Origin: a virus | Reading direction: 5' to 3' (one strand) | Virus record (IMG/VR): IMGVR_UViG_3300037089_000424 | Length of the DNA stretch: 64,000 nt | Shown: one piece after another, positions 34,147 through 44,309 of the stretch | How the letters are laid out: each line of letters starts with the position of its first letter | Position numbering within the stretch: position 1 is the first letter of the stretch | Notes under the pieces: generated by a model | The model's input: only the letters and a program-made list of their open reading frames with translations | The model's database searches: none | Told to the model about the DNA's origin: nothing | Position numbers and translations under genes: made by a program

Positions 34147-37050
34147 TTAAGAAAGTTGGTACTCAAACCAATGGGTCAATGCATTTGCGGCGTCCCCACC
34201 AATGGTGTAGAACTCCCCCAACATCGGCCACGCGAGCCCCACCTGGGGAGCGTTAGCGGCGCATTCCACGCGATAGAACTTATGGGTTTCCCTGCCACTG
34301 TTCAGGTTTATCACGCTGCCCCACATCGAATAGATGTTGGACAGGCTGGTTGGGGTGCACGTCACGGAGACGAACAGGTCATACCGCTGGTTGTTCACAT
34401 AAGTTGGGTCGCTTATGACCGCTATTGTGGATATAGACCACCGCGATTGCGGCGCGGCCAGCAAGTCCGCAGACTGTACGCCGTTGAACGGCATCGTCCA
34501 CTCATAGCGGTGGGTTACCGCAGGCGCATTCGTAGCGGTGAACTGATAGTAGTATCCTGCCGGGACCAGGAACCACACGGTCACCACACCGGACACGGTG
34601 GGGCTGGCCGCGACGAAGACCGCCGTGGCGGGGTTCGACGCCGAATCGCAGGCGACCGTAACGACGGGGATGGTTCCACCTCCGGTGAGGACCACCGCCA
34701 CGAACTTCGCCGTGGTCGCCGTGTTGTGGTAGGGGGTTGCCAGCGTTCCGCCCAGGTCAGCAGACATCGTAATAGCGCCACTGTTGGTCGCACACCCGGA
34801 ACAAGTCATTTCACCCCACATCTCATTGGTCGGGGCCGTCCCTGATGATGTGACTTCATAATAATAATTATTAGGAACGCAGAACGAAAACACCCCGTAG
34901 TATCCCCCTGCCGCCGAACTTGACGCCACCATGTTGCCTGCCGCCACCAGCCCGGCGGATGCACTGGCGACATAGCATGAAAGCACGGTGCTGGAAGCTC
35001 CGTTTGTGTATGAGCCGAATACAATCTTCCCGTACCCGGAAGTGTTCTGATAGACCGTACCAAACTGCCTCTGGGTTGCGGCGGCACCGTTCGAGTAAAA
35101 TGCCCTTGTAAACAATTCCTGTGTACCCGAACCAGTAGGCCCGGTTGGGCCAGTCGCTCCTATATCACCTGCGCGTATCCATTCCATCACCAAAGCATCG
35201 AGATTTGTTGGAATTGTGCCAGCAACATAGGCAACAGTGACTGTGTAATATGTTGTGTTGTTTGTCACCGAATTGACACTGAAGATACAGAATGGTGTGC
35301 CAGCATTTGAATTTTCTTTGATTAGCACATAACCTTTAATTGTACCTGTCGAATCCGCCCAATGACTTATGAACGATGCAAAATTGACGCCGTTCACATC
35401 CAAGACGTTGATAAATAAATTAGCAACGGACCCAATTGTAGCATTGTCAAATCGCAAGCTACCGTTGTTAGTAATTCCTGCCGAAGTAGTGCTGTCAAAC
35501 TGATAGCGTAAACCACCTTTGTCTCCCTGGGGACCCGTTGACCCAGTGTTTCCTTGAACTCCTGCTGAGAGCCACACGGCAGCCTTGACGAGGGAAACGG
35601 GGTTCGTGCCGTTCAGGGCGACACTCTCGGTATAGGTTCCAACGGCGACAACCGACCTTTCCGTCACGGCGATGTAGCTGCCGGCCAGAATGCGGGCGAC
35701 AGCAGCCGTATCGGTGGTCGTGGCGGAGGTGATGACCGGGTGGGCGGCATACTGGCACAATGATGAGAACGAGATGAGGAAGTCTTTTGGGTTTGTCGTC
35801 GTCACAGAAACGGCCGGCAGTCCGCCAAGTGCGGTCTCCCACTGCTCGCAGGGAGACATTGTGCCGTTATATTCCGCAGCCGCGATGCAGTAGCCAATTC
35901 CTGATCCCACCTCGCCACTTACGGTGTTCGCTCCCGCTTTGCACCCGAACGCAGCCCATACCTGAATCTGTGCCCCTACACCACTGTTGTAGTGGCCAAG
36001 ATAGGTGTAAAGATTGCCCTGTGAGTCCGTGGGCGCCCCGAAGTTTACGCTGAAGCCGCTGGCACCGGAGGCGATGATGGCGAAAAGGGTATTTCCTGCC
36101 TGATTGGCTGTGGCAAAGGCACAGGACTCGGTGCTTCCCCATGCGCTTCCACAGGATTGGATGTAGGTGGCGCTGACACCAACGCCAATCGGCCCCTCTG
36201 CGCCTGCAGGACCAGCTGGGCCAGCAGGTCCAACTGGACCAGCCCCGCCAGTTGGGAGTAGATACATAGCAAACTCAGGCGAATAGTCTGCTACAGAATC
36301 TACAGTCTCAGTGCCCCCAGTATAGGAAAATGCCACTAGCTCAACATAGTCATTTTCATTCAGGAACCACACCGTAGCAACATCTTGATCAATCTCTACT
36401 CCTTTGCCGTTCACTGACGCGATGATTGTGCTGCCATTCAGGAGGAGATATGCCTGTGTCCCATCTGCAACACCACCTGCCCAAGATATGTTCCCAGCAA
36501 TGATGTAAACTCCAGTGACAGGAGCAGTCAGCCGAGTAGGATAAGGCAGTGAATAGACATTGCTGTAATTGAATCTCTGTGTGTCAAACGATATTGGTAC
36601 AGGAGTCCGATCTCCTACAGAAGTAGATGTTGACTTGTAAACTCTGGCGCCTACAGCTTGGCCCGGATTTGTGCCCAAGACAGTCTCAATTGCATTGATC
36701 TCGGCTGCAATTTGATTATGAGCAATCGCTGTTATTCTGGCTTCTACAGTGGCGCCTATTGAGTGAGAGACGGCAGTTGTCCCTTCGTATCCTCTTCCGA
36801 TCGTCCCAACTGTCAATATGTCACTGGATCTGGAAGAAATAAATATGATCTCATCATCAATCGAGATCACAAAATTGTCACTTGGGAATACTGAGCCTTG
36901 GCCAGAAGAAACACTAATAGAAGTGCTTGACGATGTGATACCAGATGCTAGAGTAGGACTATTCTGAGAAGGCACTTTATTCTTCTGGTTCAGAAGGTCT
37001 GCCACTCCTGCGACAGCTCCCGGATATTTGGCTGTTGCTGAAAATGGCAT
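34147..37050 (-). CDS. tail fibre / receptor-binding protein (C1q-like domain, collagen GXY, three tandem knob-like modules)
   Basis: GARVY...ISFDT...TRLTAPVTGVYII (C1q-like); GPVGPAGPAGPAGAEGPIG; repeated (T/P)YxN...VPxxYYY...HxxEW modules. Confidence 0.85.
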   Translation of the reverse strand: MPFSATAKYPGAVAGVADLLNQKNKVPSQNSPTLASGITSSSTSISVSSGQGSVFPSDNFVISIDDEIIFISSRSSDILTVGTIGRGYEGTTAVSHSIGATVEARITAIAHNQIAAEINAIETVLGTNPGQAVGARVYKSTSTSVGDRTPVPISFDTQRFNYSNVYSLPYPTRLTAPVTGVYIIAGNISWAGGVADGTQAYLLLNGSTIIASVNGKGVEIDQDVATVWFLNENDYVELVAFSYTGGTETVDSVADYSPEFAMYLLPTGGAGPVGPAGPAGPAGAEGPIGVGVSATYIQSCGSAWGSTESCAFATANQAGNTLFAIIASGASGFSVNFGAPTDSQGNLYTYLGHYNSGVGAQIQVWAAFGCKAGANTVSGEVGSGIGYCIAAAEYNGTMSPCEQWETALGGLPAVSVTTTNPKDFLISFSSLCQYAAHPVITSATTTDTAAVARILAGSYIAVTERSVVAVGTYTESVALNGTNPVSLVKAAVWLSAGVQGNTGSTGPQGDKGGLRYQFDSTTSAGITNNGSLRFDNATIGSVANLFINVLDVNGVNFASFISHWADSTGTIKGYVLIKENSNAGTPFCIFSVNSVTNNTTYYTVTVAYVAGTIPTNLDALVMEWIRAGDIGATGPTGPTGSGTQELFTRAFYSNGAAATQRQFGTVYQNTSGYGKIVFGSYTNGASSTVLSCYVASASAGLVAAGNMVASSSAAGGYYGVFSFCVPNNYYYEVTSSGTAPTNEMWGEMTCSGCATNSGAITMSADLGGTLATPYHNTATTAKFVAVVLTGGGTIPVVTVACDSASNPATAVFVAASPTVSGVVTVWFLVPAGYYYQFTATNAPAVTHRYEWTMPFNGVQSADLLAAPQSRWSISTIAVISDPTYVNNQRYDLFVSVTCTPTSLSNIYSMWGSVINLNSGRETHKFYRVECAANAPQVGLAWPMLGEFYTIGGDAANALTHWFEYQLS

Positions 37051-37051
37051 A

Positions 37052-39271
37052 TCAATATCCTCTCTCGCCAGTTGTCAAATCGCTCCTCTGTTGCAAGATC
37101 ATCTGAAGCTCGTACACCGTAGGATCTGTGCCAGTGATATATTTCGCCCGGAATGAACTGGCTGATGGTGCAAATACAACGTTGTAGGTCTTACCAAGAG
37201 CTTGCATCGGCACAGGAGTAATAGAGTCCATCGCTCCGTTATATTGACTGATGAGCCTCTGACGATATGGCCAAGACAGATTCGCATTTCCTAACTGCTG
37301 GCCATAGAGTTCTAGTCTGGCATACCCAATCTGATGAGTGCCAAATGTCTCCTCCAGAGATTGCATGCTCATCCAATCAATGATACAAGTGATTGTGAAT
37401 TCCTGGACCAAGAAGACCTTGATCTTGTCGCTTATGATATCGTCTTCGAAATCATTATTCGCAACCGTTGTCACATCGGTTGTTGTCACACCATCTACGA
37501 CAGTCGTGACCGTCTTAGTTACAGTCTGTCTTACCTGTCCTGTGACAGGATCAGCAAATGTTTTCGTTTCAGCCACTGTAGTCGTAATCGTGACCTGCCC
37601 AACCTCGTTCGTTGCGGTCTCAATCGCAGTTTCTACACTGTCTCCTGTCAGATTGTCAACAACTGTCGTTGTAACAGTGGAAGACCCATCAGGATATCTT
37701 GTAGTCGTGACTGTAGTTGTCTGCAAGCCATTGAAGTCAGACTCACTGTCTGTAACGATTGTCCCGGCTTCCTGAGTTCCAATCACTTCAGTATAAGTCT
37801 GAATGACCTCGCCTGTTGGCTTCGTCGCTGTCTGATCTGTGATCTTAGCCAAGATTGGATTACCAAACGAATCTACAGTAGCACCATTCAGAGAGCTTGG
37901 AACGATCTGCGTATCGGTCTCGGTAGTGGTAGTCCCCTCTACCTCCCCGCCAGCCCACTCCTCATTTGGCTGCCCAAACCACTGATAGAATTCCATACCT
38001 TTCAAGTTCCTCACCCGAATCGGTTGGAGGTTCTCTCGAGTAGGCGGCTGTGAGGAGACAACTTTCTTCTCGATGGTGTGTCTAATACCATTTTCAGTGT
38101 TGGTTTGAATTTGCCGCTTGACTTCTTTTCCGCTCTTGGAAGTCTCGGTAACAGACGCAGTCACTGTGGACATGCCTTCATCCTGAACAGTTACAGTAGT
38201 GATTGTCGTGTCCTGAACCTGTTTGATCTGGCGAGTTGTTGTCGTAGTTCTACCAACTGGGCTTGTATGTGTGGTGATTTCGGTGCTGATGACAATGCCG
38301 CCAGCTGCCTCGTCAACACGCCTCATCCACTGCTTGGTTCGGGTTTGATAGCTCGTGACACCAGCGATGAAGCTCGTTATGATCAGATTGATGCCATTCA
38401 CAGATATGAGAGAGATCGGCCTGTACACGCCGAGAGCTTCCTGGCTAGACAGGAAGTCTATGCCGATGTCCTTCCCAGGGTCTTGCTTTGAATTTTGTCC
38501 CGGAACACTTGATACAGCCCACAAGGCCAACTTGACGAAGCTCGTGTCAGGAAATCTAAGTGATATGCCAGGCTGGAGACCCTGTACACCCAGAATGCCA
38601 AGTCGGACATAACTCAAATTTCCCAATGAGATCAAGACATCCATGCTGTGGGTTGGCAAGTCACACAGAAAAGTCGTCAGCCCAAGTTTGACATATCCTT
38701 CAGTCTGCCTACTTGCCGACAATCCAAGCTTGACATAGTCTTCGGTTACAGGCGTCGCGGTCAGAGCCAGATTCACAAACCCAAATCCCGGAGCCAACCC
38801 ATCAATGTTGAGGTTGACAGTATTAGCGGGATCTCCAGGAAATATGGCGTCAAGCTCAAGGTTCACATATGCTAGCGATTGAATACTTCCTGAGGAAAGA
38901 GCGTATGCATCTATACTATGAGATGCGGATACATTTGGAGTGTCAATACATGCATCAACATTATGAGAAAGAGTCTCATCTGGCAGCGTTATCGCGACAT
39001 TTACAACGCATGTGGTATAGCCATCTGACGGATTCTGGGCTTTCACTGTATAATCAGCCGCAGCAGTTGGAGTTGTAGGAGTTCCTGAGATAATCCCTGT
39101 GCTAGAATCTATGCCTAATGCGGTTGGGAGAGAAGGGCTTACAGAGAACACAGGCGCAGGGGATCCCCACTGTGTCATCGAGGGATCATTAGGCGTGATC
39201 GCTGTGCCAGCAGTGTAGGACGCAGGATTGGTAGCATAAGTAAGTCCAGTTGGCACTACAATAACAGGCAC
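37052..39271 (-). CDS. minor tail protein with N-terminal He_PIG-type Ig domain, HxxD/YVxL repeats and Thr-rich region
   Basis: PTGLTYATNPASYTAGTAITP...FSVSPSLPTALGIDSSTGIISGTPT...YTVKAQN. Confidence 0.75.
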   Translation of the reverse strand: MPVIVVPTGLTYATNPASYTAGTAITPNDPSMTQWGSPAPVFSVSPSLPTALGIDSSTGIISGTPTTPTAAADYTVKAQNPSDGYTTCVVNVAITLPDETLSHNVDACIDTPNVSASHSIDAYALSSGSIQSLAYVNLELDAIFPGDPANTVNLNIDGLAPGFGFVNLALTATPVTEDYVKLGLSASRQTEGYVKLGLTTFLCDLPTHSMDVLISLGNLSYVRLGILGVQGLQPGISLRFPDTSFVKLALWAVSSVPGQNSKQDPGKDIGIDFLSSQEALGVYRPISLISVNGINLIITSFIAGVTSYQTRTKQWMRRVDEAAGGIVISTEITTHTSPVGRTTTTTRQIKQVQDTTITTVTVQDEGMSTVTASVTETSKSGKEVKRQIQTNTENGIRHTIEKKVVSSQPPTRENLQPIRVRNLKGMEFYQWFGQPNEEWAGGEVEGTTTTETDTQIVPSSLNGATVDSFGNPILAKITDQTATKPTGEVIQTYTEVIGTQEAGTIVTDSESDFNGLQTTTVTTTRYPDGSSTVTTTVVDNLTGDSVETAIETATNEVGQVTITTTVAETKTFADPVTGQVRQTVTKTVTTVVDGVTTTDVTTVANNDFEDDIISDKIKVFLVQEFTITCIIDWMSMQSLEETFGTHQIGYARLELYGQQLGNANLSWPYRQRLISQYNGAMDSITPVPMQALGKTYNVVFAPSASSFRAKYITGTDPTVYELQMILQQRSDLTTGERGY

Positions 39272-39285
39272 AGTGGTTCTCCCTC

Positions 39286-39669
39286 TTACACAGCTTGGAG
39301 CTTAGGAACTCTGTGATTTGCTTTCTTGCCTTCTTTCAGAATGTTCTTGGCATATTTGAATTCTGATGCGCTGAAGTGGCGAATGAAGATGTTACCTGTA
39401 AACTCCATCCTGATTTCCACTACGACTCCCAACTCTTCATTGATGCCGCCAATGATCTCAGCAACGACCTGTCCTGGCTGAAGAGCAACAGCAGCAGCCT
39501 CACAGACGAAGTAGTATTTGTCGTAGTCCGACGAGAGATTCAAGTACATCTTGTGGATTCCAGGATGTAGGAGCTGAACTCCAGTAATCCTTCTATCAGC
39601 AGGTAAATCCATCCAAGTAGACGTCTTAGAACTTATTGTAGATCCGTCTTCAAAATTAGCCAGCCACAC
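39286..39669 (-). CDS. hypothetical tail-module protein
   Basis: GTG 39669 behind GAGGAGG. Confidence 0.65.
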   Translation of the reverse strand: MWLANFEDGSTISSKTSTWMDLPADRRITGVQLLHPGIHKMYLNLSSDYDKYYFVCEAAAVALQPGQVVAEIIGGINEELGVVVEIRMEFTGNIFIRHFSASEFKYAKNILKEGKKANHRVPKLQAV

Positions 39670-39683
39670 TTTTATACCCTCCT

Positions 39684-40316
39684 CTATGTATTTGTCACCC
39701 AGATTTCTGCGGCGTCGAGTACTCCGGATGTTGGTTTGGTGAAGCCGAGACTGGCAGAAGTTGCACCAGCATCGGTGCCACGAATAACTGCGCCAGCCGA
39801 GCCAGGAGTGATGGTTGTCCAAACAGGAGCCCCCTCAGTTCCGCCACCGGAATTGTCATTAAATTGCCATGTAAGCTGTGGCGCTGTACCTGAGTATGAA
39901 TATCTGACAGCGATGACCCCATTGCATGTGTTGATACTCGGGACGGCCATGTCAGATGGTAATTCCCAATCCAGATTGAATCTCACATTCTGGCCCCCAG
40001 ACGGAACAGCCACACTGAGATTGACATAGCTAGTCCTTCCCTGCAAACGATTCGCCACAGCGCCACCCGATACAACTGAGGGCTTCCAAGCAGAACTGGC
40101 TGGTGCCGCATCAGTAGTCGCAACTCCAGACAAATATGGCTTGGTTCCGTTTACAGGAGTTCCTGTAAACATTTCTTTCGTGGTGGTGCCAAATGTAGAA
40201 TCGTCCCATGCCTCAAGTGAAGGTATTGAGGACAAAGCCTGCGAGAACGTCACTCGCAAGACATTCTGGGCTTGGCTGTTATTGCCGCCCCCAGTTACTT
40301 TCGACGGGATACTCAC
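39684..40316 (-). CDS. putative virion structural protein
   Basis: G/S/T-rich beta protein directly after the tape measure gene. Confidence 0.6.
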   Translation of the reverse strand: MSIPSKVTGGGNNSQAQNVLRVTFSQALSSIPSLEAWDDSTFGTTTKEMFTGTPVNGTKPYLSGVATTDAAPASSAWKPSVVSGGAVANRLQGRTSYVNLSVAVPSGGQNVRFNLDWELPSDMAVPSINTCNGVIAVRYSYSGTAPQLTWQFNDNSGGGTEGAPVWTTITPGSAGAVIRGTDAGATSASLGFTKPTSGVLDAAEIWVTNT

Positions 40317-40329
40317 GTTGTGTTACCTC

Positions 40330-43300
40330 CTAATAGGGTTTGAGCTCTGCAACGATCGTGCTCTTCACGAAATTGGCAGTCAGCTGCCCTGTGTTTTGGT
40401 CCATCTCTACTTTGAGAGTTCCGCCACCCTGGACCGCTTCTTTGATTGCGGCAGCATTCGCCGATTGCTTCTGGCCGAAATCAGCGAATGTCTTTCCGAT
40501 TGCGTCTGGGATAGTGCCCAATTTGTCAACAGCATCTTTTAGATCGCTTACTGCTTTTGTTAAGGCACCTCCTCCAAGAGTCTCAACAGACTCGCCAAGA
40601 GATCGGGCACCATACGGAGGTTGTGCAGGCGTCCCAATTCCTGTAGCCAGTGCAGGCTCTCGCTGAGGAACATTGCCAGGAGGAGTCAAGATCCCAGTTC
40701 CAGTCTGACCTGTAATCAGACGAGTCCCATTTGCTATTGCACTACTGAATGCCTGAATGTTTGGTACAGTCCCAAGCAAAACATCGCGTAGTCGTACAGC
40801 GATATCCACAAAGGACGTGTCAAGCCTGGGAATCTCAGTCCCTCTTGCCAAATTGCTTGTAGCCAACCCTTCCGCAGGTGATGTGAGACTGCCAATTACA
40901 GGCTGGGCTTCGCCATAAGCTCTGACGTCGAGCCCTCCAGTGGCTTTCTTGAGGATTCCCTTGGCGACATCTATGAAGTCAGTCAGAGTCGCAGGGATCT
41001 CGTCTCCCATCTGTTTCAATTGCTGGTATTGACCCAGCGCAGCCTGAGATATCTTCACAGCGAACTCTCTCTGTTCGCCTGTTCCCCCATACTGGCCAAA
41101 TTCTTGAGCTTTGCGATATACATCTCGCTGTTGAAGCTCGGCCTCTCTTTGGGCTTCTTCCCATGTTTCTTGTTTGCCGCCACCCTTGGAAACCTTACGC
41201 ATCTCGTCGAAATTTGACTGGATACTCTTGGTGTAGTTGAGAGCATAGTTCAGCCGCTGGTCATACAGTTGTTTGTCAAGATCTGCGATACCAGTGAGGA
41301 TCTTCATTTCCTCTTCGGCATTGCCCTTCACGAATGCGAGCTTCTGCTTCTGATACTCAATCTCATCTTGCAGACTGATGAAGCGCATCTTCTTGACAAA
41401 ATTGACCTGCTCGTCGAACTGTTTCAGTTGCAGTTCTCTTACCTTGACTAGCTCCTGAGCTCCTTGCATGAGATTTCCGGCACCGATCTCCTGAGCAGCA
41501 CGTTGTTTCCTGAAGTTGATCTCATCGTCAACACGAGCGAAGCCAAGTTGCTTTGCGACGGTCATCAATTGATCTTCATACTGACGTCTCTTGGTGAAGA
41601 TCTGCGCCTCAAGCTTCAGACGCTCGTCACCCACGATCCTCTCATCGCCAAGCTTCTCCTGCAAGAGCTTTAGCTCATTCTCGATCCCCAAAGCTCCTAT
41701 GGCCTTCAGTGAGAGCTCTTCCTGCTGATACATATCTGTGACAAGTTTAGCGGACTCTTGCGTCACTCTAGTACGCAACTTCAGGATCTCATTTTCCTTC
41801 TCAAGTCTCTGAGATTCCGTCAGGCCACCGCCCTCTAGCTGACCTTGCATAGCGGCCATTCTCTCTTCAAGAACCTGCCTTTCTTCTTGCAAAGCTTCTC
41901 TGCGCTGCTGGAGAGTGACGAGGCCAAGCTTTTCGGCAGCAGTTGTCAAGGTAACTCTCTGCTCTTCCATCCTGACAATTTGCTCTTCTTCTTGGAGAGT
42001 CTTTTGCGCAGCTTCCTGTCTTTTCTCTTCCTCCCCTGTAAGTTTCTTGGACTCTTCAGCTGCCTTCTGCATACCCAAGAATATGGCCGCAGTACCTTTC
42101 TCAACTCCGCCAAGCCAGTTTGGTAGGAATTCGCGGACCTTTATGAATGCCCAAGTGATCTGATCTGAGAAGATTTGACCAATCTGATATGCTGCCGGAA
42201 CAAGAGAGAATAGCATGATCGGTAGCGCTGCCGCTCCAAGAGCTTTGCCTAGAGTCCCTCCAGCCGCTGCCGCTGCGCCACCCGCTGCGCCAGCAGCTTG
42301 GCCTGTTGTTTCTGCTGCTCCTGCTGCTGTGGCTGCTCCTTTCGCAACGACATTAGCACCCAAAGCAGCCGTCTGTCTCTGTATAGCAGCGGTATGCGCT
42401 TCAGTTGCCACCGTTCCTACAGCTTCTCCTGCCGACATTTCTCCAAGAGCGAAATTCAGATTCCGCATGACTTTGTCTAGACTCTCAATATGGAGGCCCA
42501 TCCGCGCAGCGAAAGCTGTAAGTGTCCCAAGGGAGCTCCCCGCAAATAAGAGGGCTGCCCCAAGCGCGAGGGCTGGCGCAACGAGCAAACCAAATACAGC
42601 CGCAAGTTTTGTTAGCTCAGGATGAGTGCCCGCAAATTTGCTGACTGCTTGAACTATGCCCGCAATCTTGTCTGTGAACTCGATCAACATGGGCAAAACC
42701 TTCTCGCCCAACTGCATTTCCAAGCCGCGCAGAGATTGGCTTAGGCCAGCTGCGGCAGCTTCGTATTCCTTGCCCAATTTGCCAGCTGCTTCGTCAACAG
42801 CAACACCAGACTCTTGGACGCTTGTCTTGAACTTGTCAAACTGTTCGTTGCTCATTCTCAAGACTTCCAGCATCTTACCACCGCGACGAACTCCAAATAT
42901 CTCCTGTGCAATTTGCAGTTGTTGCAGAGCGTCGCCAGTGGCACTGACTTTCTGGCGGGCCACGTCCAGAACTTGGCCTACCGTCAAGACATTTCCTTGC
43001 AGATCCCGCATGGGCCCAAGTGTCCTACCCAACTTAGTGTGGAAAGGATCTAATGCATTAGAAGCCTGCTTGATCTGGTAAGCTAGCATCATTACAGACC
43101 GCGCAGCCTGCTCATGTCCAATTCCAACACGTTCCATAACGCCAACATATGTAGATGCTTCCTTTGTACCCATTCCCATCTCATGGCTGAGGTCTTCCAT
43201 CTCACGAGTCAGCTGAGCAGTGTGGAGCACTACCTCCCGCATCGCAGCGGCTACGGTGACCGCTAGGGCTGTAGCAATTCCTATAGCCATAGTTGAAAAG

Positions 43301-43425
43301 TGGCCAGCGATTTTCTCTGTTGTCTCTTCTGCCTGCTCCTCGGCCTTATGGAGACCCTGCTCGAATTTCTCCGAGGAGACCTCCATACCAAAAAGAGCTT
43401 TCATGACATCTATTGCTTCAGGCAC
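40330..43425 (-). CDS. tail tape measure protein
   Basis: 1031 aa, Ala-rich helical, hydrophobic segments, follows the G/GT chaperones. Confidence 0.9.
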   Translation of the reverse strand: MPEAIDVMKALFGMEVSSEKFEQGLHKAEEQAEETTEKIAGHFSTMAIGIATALAVTVAAAMREVVLHTAQLTREMEDLSHEMGMGTKEASTYVGVMERVGIGHEQAARSVMMLAYQIKQASNALDPFHTKLGRTLGPMRDLQGNVLTVGQVLDVARQKVSATGDALQQLQIAQEIFGVRRGGKMLEVLRMSNEQFDKFKTSVQESGVAVDEAAGKLGKEYEAAAAGLSQSLRGLEMQLGEKVLPMLIEFTDKIAGIVQAVSKFAGTHPELTKLAAVFGLLVAPALALGAALLFAGSSLGTLTAFAARMGLHIESLDKVMRNLNFALGEMSAGEAVGTVATEAHTAAIQRQTAALGANVVAKGAATAAGAAETTGQAAGAAGGAAAAAGGTLGKALGAAALPIMLFSLVPAAYQIGQIFSDQITWAFIKVREFLPNWLGGVEKGTAAIFLGMQKAAEESKKLTGEEEKRQEAAQKTLQEEEQIVRMEEQRVTLTTAAEKLGLVTLQQRREALQEERQVLEERMAAMQGQLEGGGLTESQRLEKENEILKLRTRVTQESAKLVTDMYQQEELSLKAIGALGIENELKLLQEKLGDERIVGDERLKLEAQIFTKRRQYEDQLMTVAKQLGFARVDDEINFRKQRAAQEIGAGNLMQGAQELVKVRELQLKQFDEQVNFVKKMRFISLQDEIEYQKQKLAFVKGNAEEEMKILTGIADLDKQLYDQRLNYALNYTKSIQSNFDEMRKVSKGGGKQETWEEAQREAELQQRDVYRKAQEFGQYGGTGEQREFAVKISQAALGQYQQLKQMGDEIPATLTDFIDVAKGILKKATGGLDVRAYGEAQPVIGSLTSPAEGLATSNLARGTEIPRLDTSFVDIAVRLRDVLLGTVPNIQAFSSAIANGTRLITGQTGTGILTPPGNVPQREPALATGIGTPAQPPYGARSLGESVETLGGGALTKAVSDLKDAVDKLGTIPDAIGKTFADFGQKQSANAAAIKEAVQGGGTLKVEMDQNTGQLTANFVKSTIVAELKPY

Positions 43426-43882
43426 GTTGCTTCTCCAACCAGTATTTCCTACAAATCTCTGCCATCGAAACTCCGTCCTTGTCTTTTATGACTTCAAAGT
43501 GCTCTTTGATAGCATTGAAAGACTCAGGATCAGAATGGATTCTCAGAGCGATGTTTGGTACCCGACCCACGCCAGTCTGATCCCGTATGACGATCCTGGC
43601 AGCTTTCACTACATCACTCTTGCTCGGGTCCGTTATGACAACCTTTTCTGGCCCCTTCTCTTCAGAACTCTTTGCCACTATTGGACGGTCGAACTTTTCT
43701 GGCTTGGGCTGCTTCCGTCTGTAGTTTGCTGCGATGTATCGCTGGAACTGGGGGAAGGTGAGCTTTGCGACCTGCCGAGGGCTGAACTTGTACTCAGTGG
43801 CAAAGAACTCAAAAGCGTCATCCCAAAAGTAGTCGTTAGAATCTCTATCAGTTTGTCCACTCCCGGCAGAAGTCGAAAATTT
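43418..43882 (-). CDS. tail assembly chaperone GT extension (-1 frame)
   Basis: FWDDAFEFFATEYKFSPRQVAKLTFPQF is typical of T-region sequences; entered through the slippery heptamer at 43882-43876. Confidence 0.75.
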   Translation of the reverse strand, partial: KFSTSAGSGQTDRDSNDYFWDDAFEFFATEYKFSPRQVAKLTFPQFQRYIAANYRRKQPKPEKFDRPIVAKSSEEKGPEKVVITDPSKSDVVKAARIVIRDQTGVGRVPNIALRIHSDPESFNAIKEHFEVIKDKDGVSMAEICRKYWLEKQRA

Positions 43883-44271
43883 CTTACCACTTCCTCCAGT
43901 TCGTTGACCTCTACAAAGGTCATAACGCAACGGCGCAACGTTGGTGTGTCAAGATACTCTTCAAAGAACTCTTTTGTGAGATCCTTATTCACCGACTCAT
44001 GGGTATCAGGATCTTTGATATCTGCAAAGACACGATAGCAGATATCGATGAAGTCCAAACTCTTGAGGATATCAGCAATGAATCGCATTAGGTCTGGTGT
44101 CTTCTCTTGATCTGCCACCATATCCCTTGTGCGCTCATAGACCTTTTCCTCAATCGCAGCCTGTATCTTCCGGAGCCGACTGAGTGGAAGAGGCATCATA
44201 ATGAGCTTTCTCCCACCCAGTTCAACTTCTTTTCCGCGAGAGAGCCAAGCTTCAATCTCAGGCTTCTTCAT
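43678..44271 (-). CDS. tail assembly chaperone G
   Basis: between tail tube and tape measure genes; ATG 44271 behind GAGGAGGG. Confidence 0.8.
   Translation of the reverse strand: MKKPEIEAWLSRGKEVELGGRKLIMMPLPLSRLRKIQAAIEEKVYERTRDMVADQEKTPDLMRFIADILKSLDFIDICYRVFADIKDPDTHESVNKDLTKEFFEEYLDTPTLRRCVMTFVEVNELEEVVRNFRLLPGVDKLIEILTTTFGMTLLSSLPLSTSSALGRSQSSPSPSSSDTSQQTTDGSSPSQKSSTVQ
43876..43882 (-). other. -1 programmed frameshift site A AAT TTT
   Basis: X XXY YYZ heptamer in the G frame (AGA AAT TTT) where the -1 frame is open to 43418. Confidence 0.75.
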
Positions 44272-44309
44272 GGATTCCCTCCTCAAGTCTCGCGTTCGCG
44301 AGGCTCAAT

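Noticed and set aside
34147-35100. Possible DGR variable region in the fibre tip
   Set aside because: No near-identical template repeat differing at adenines and no reverse transcriptase in the window
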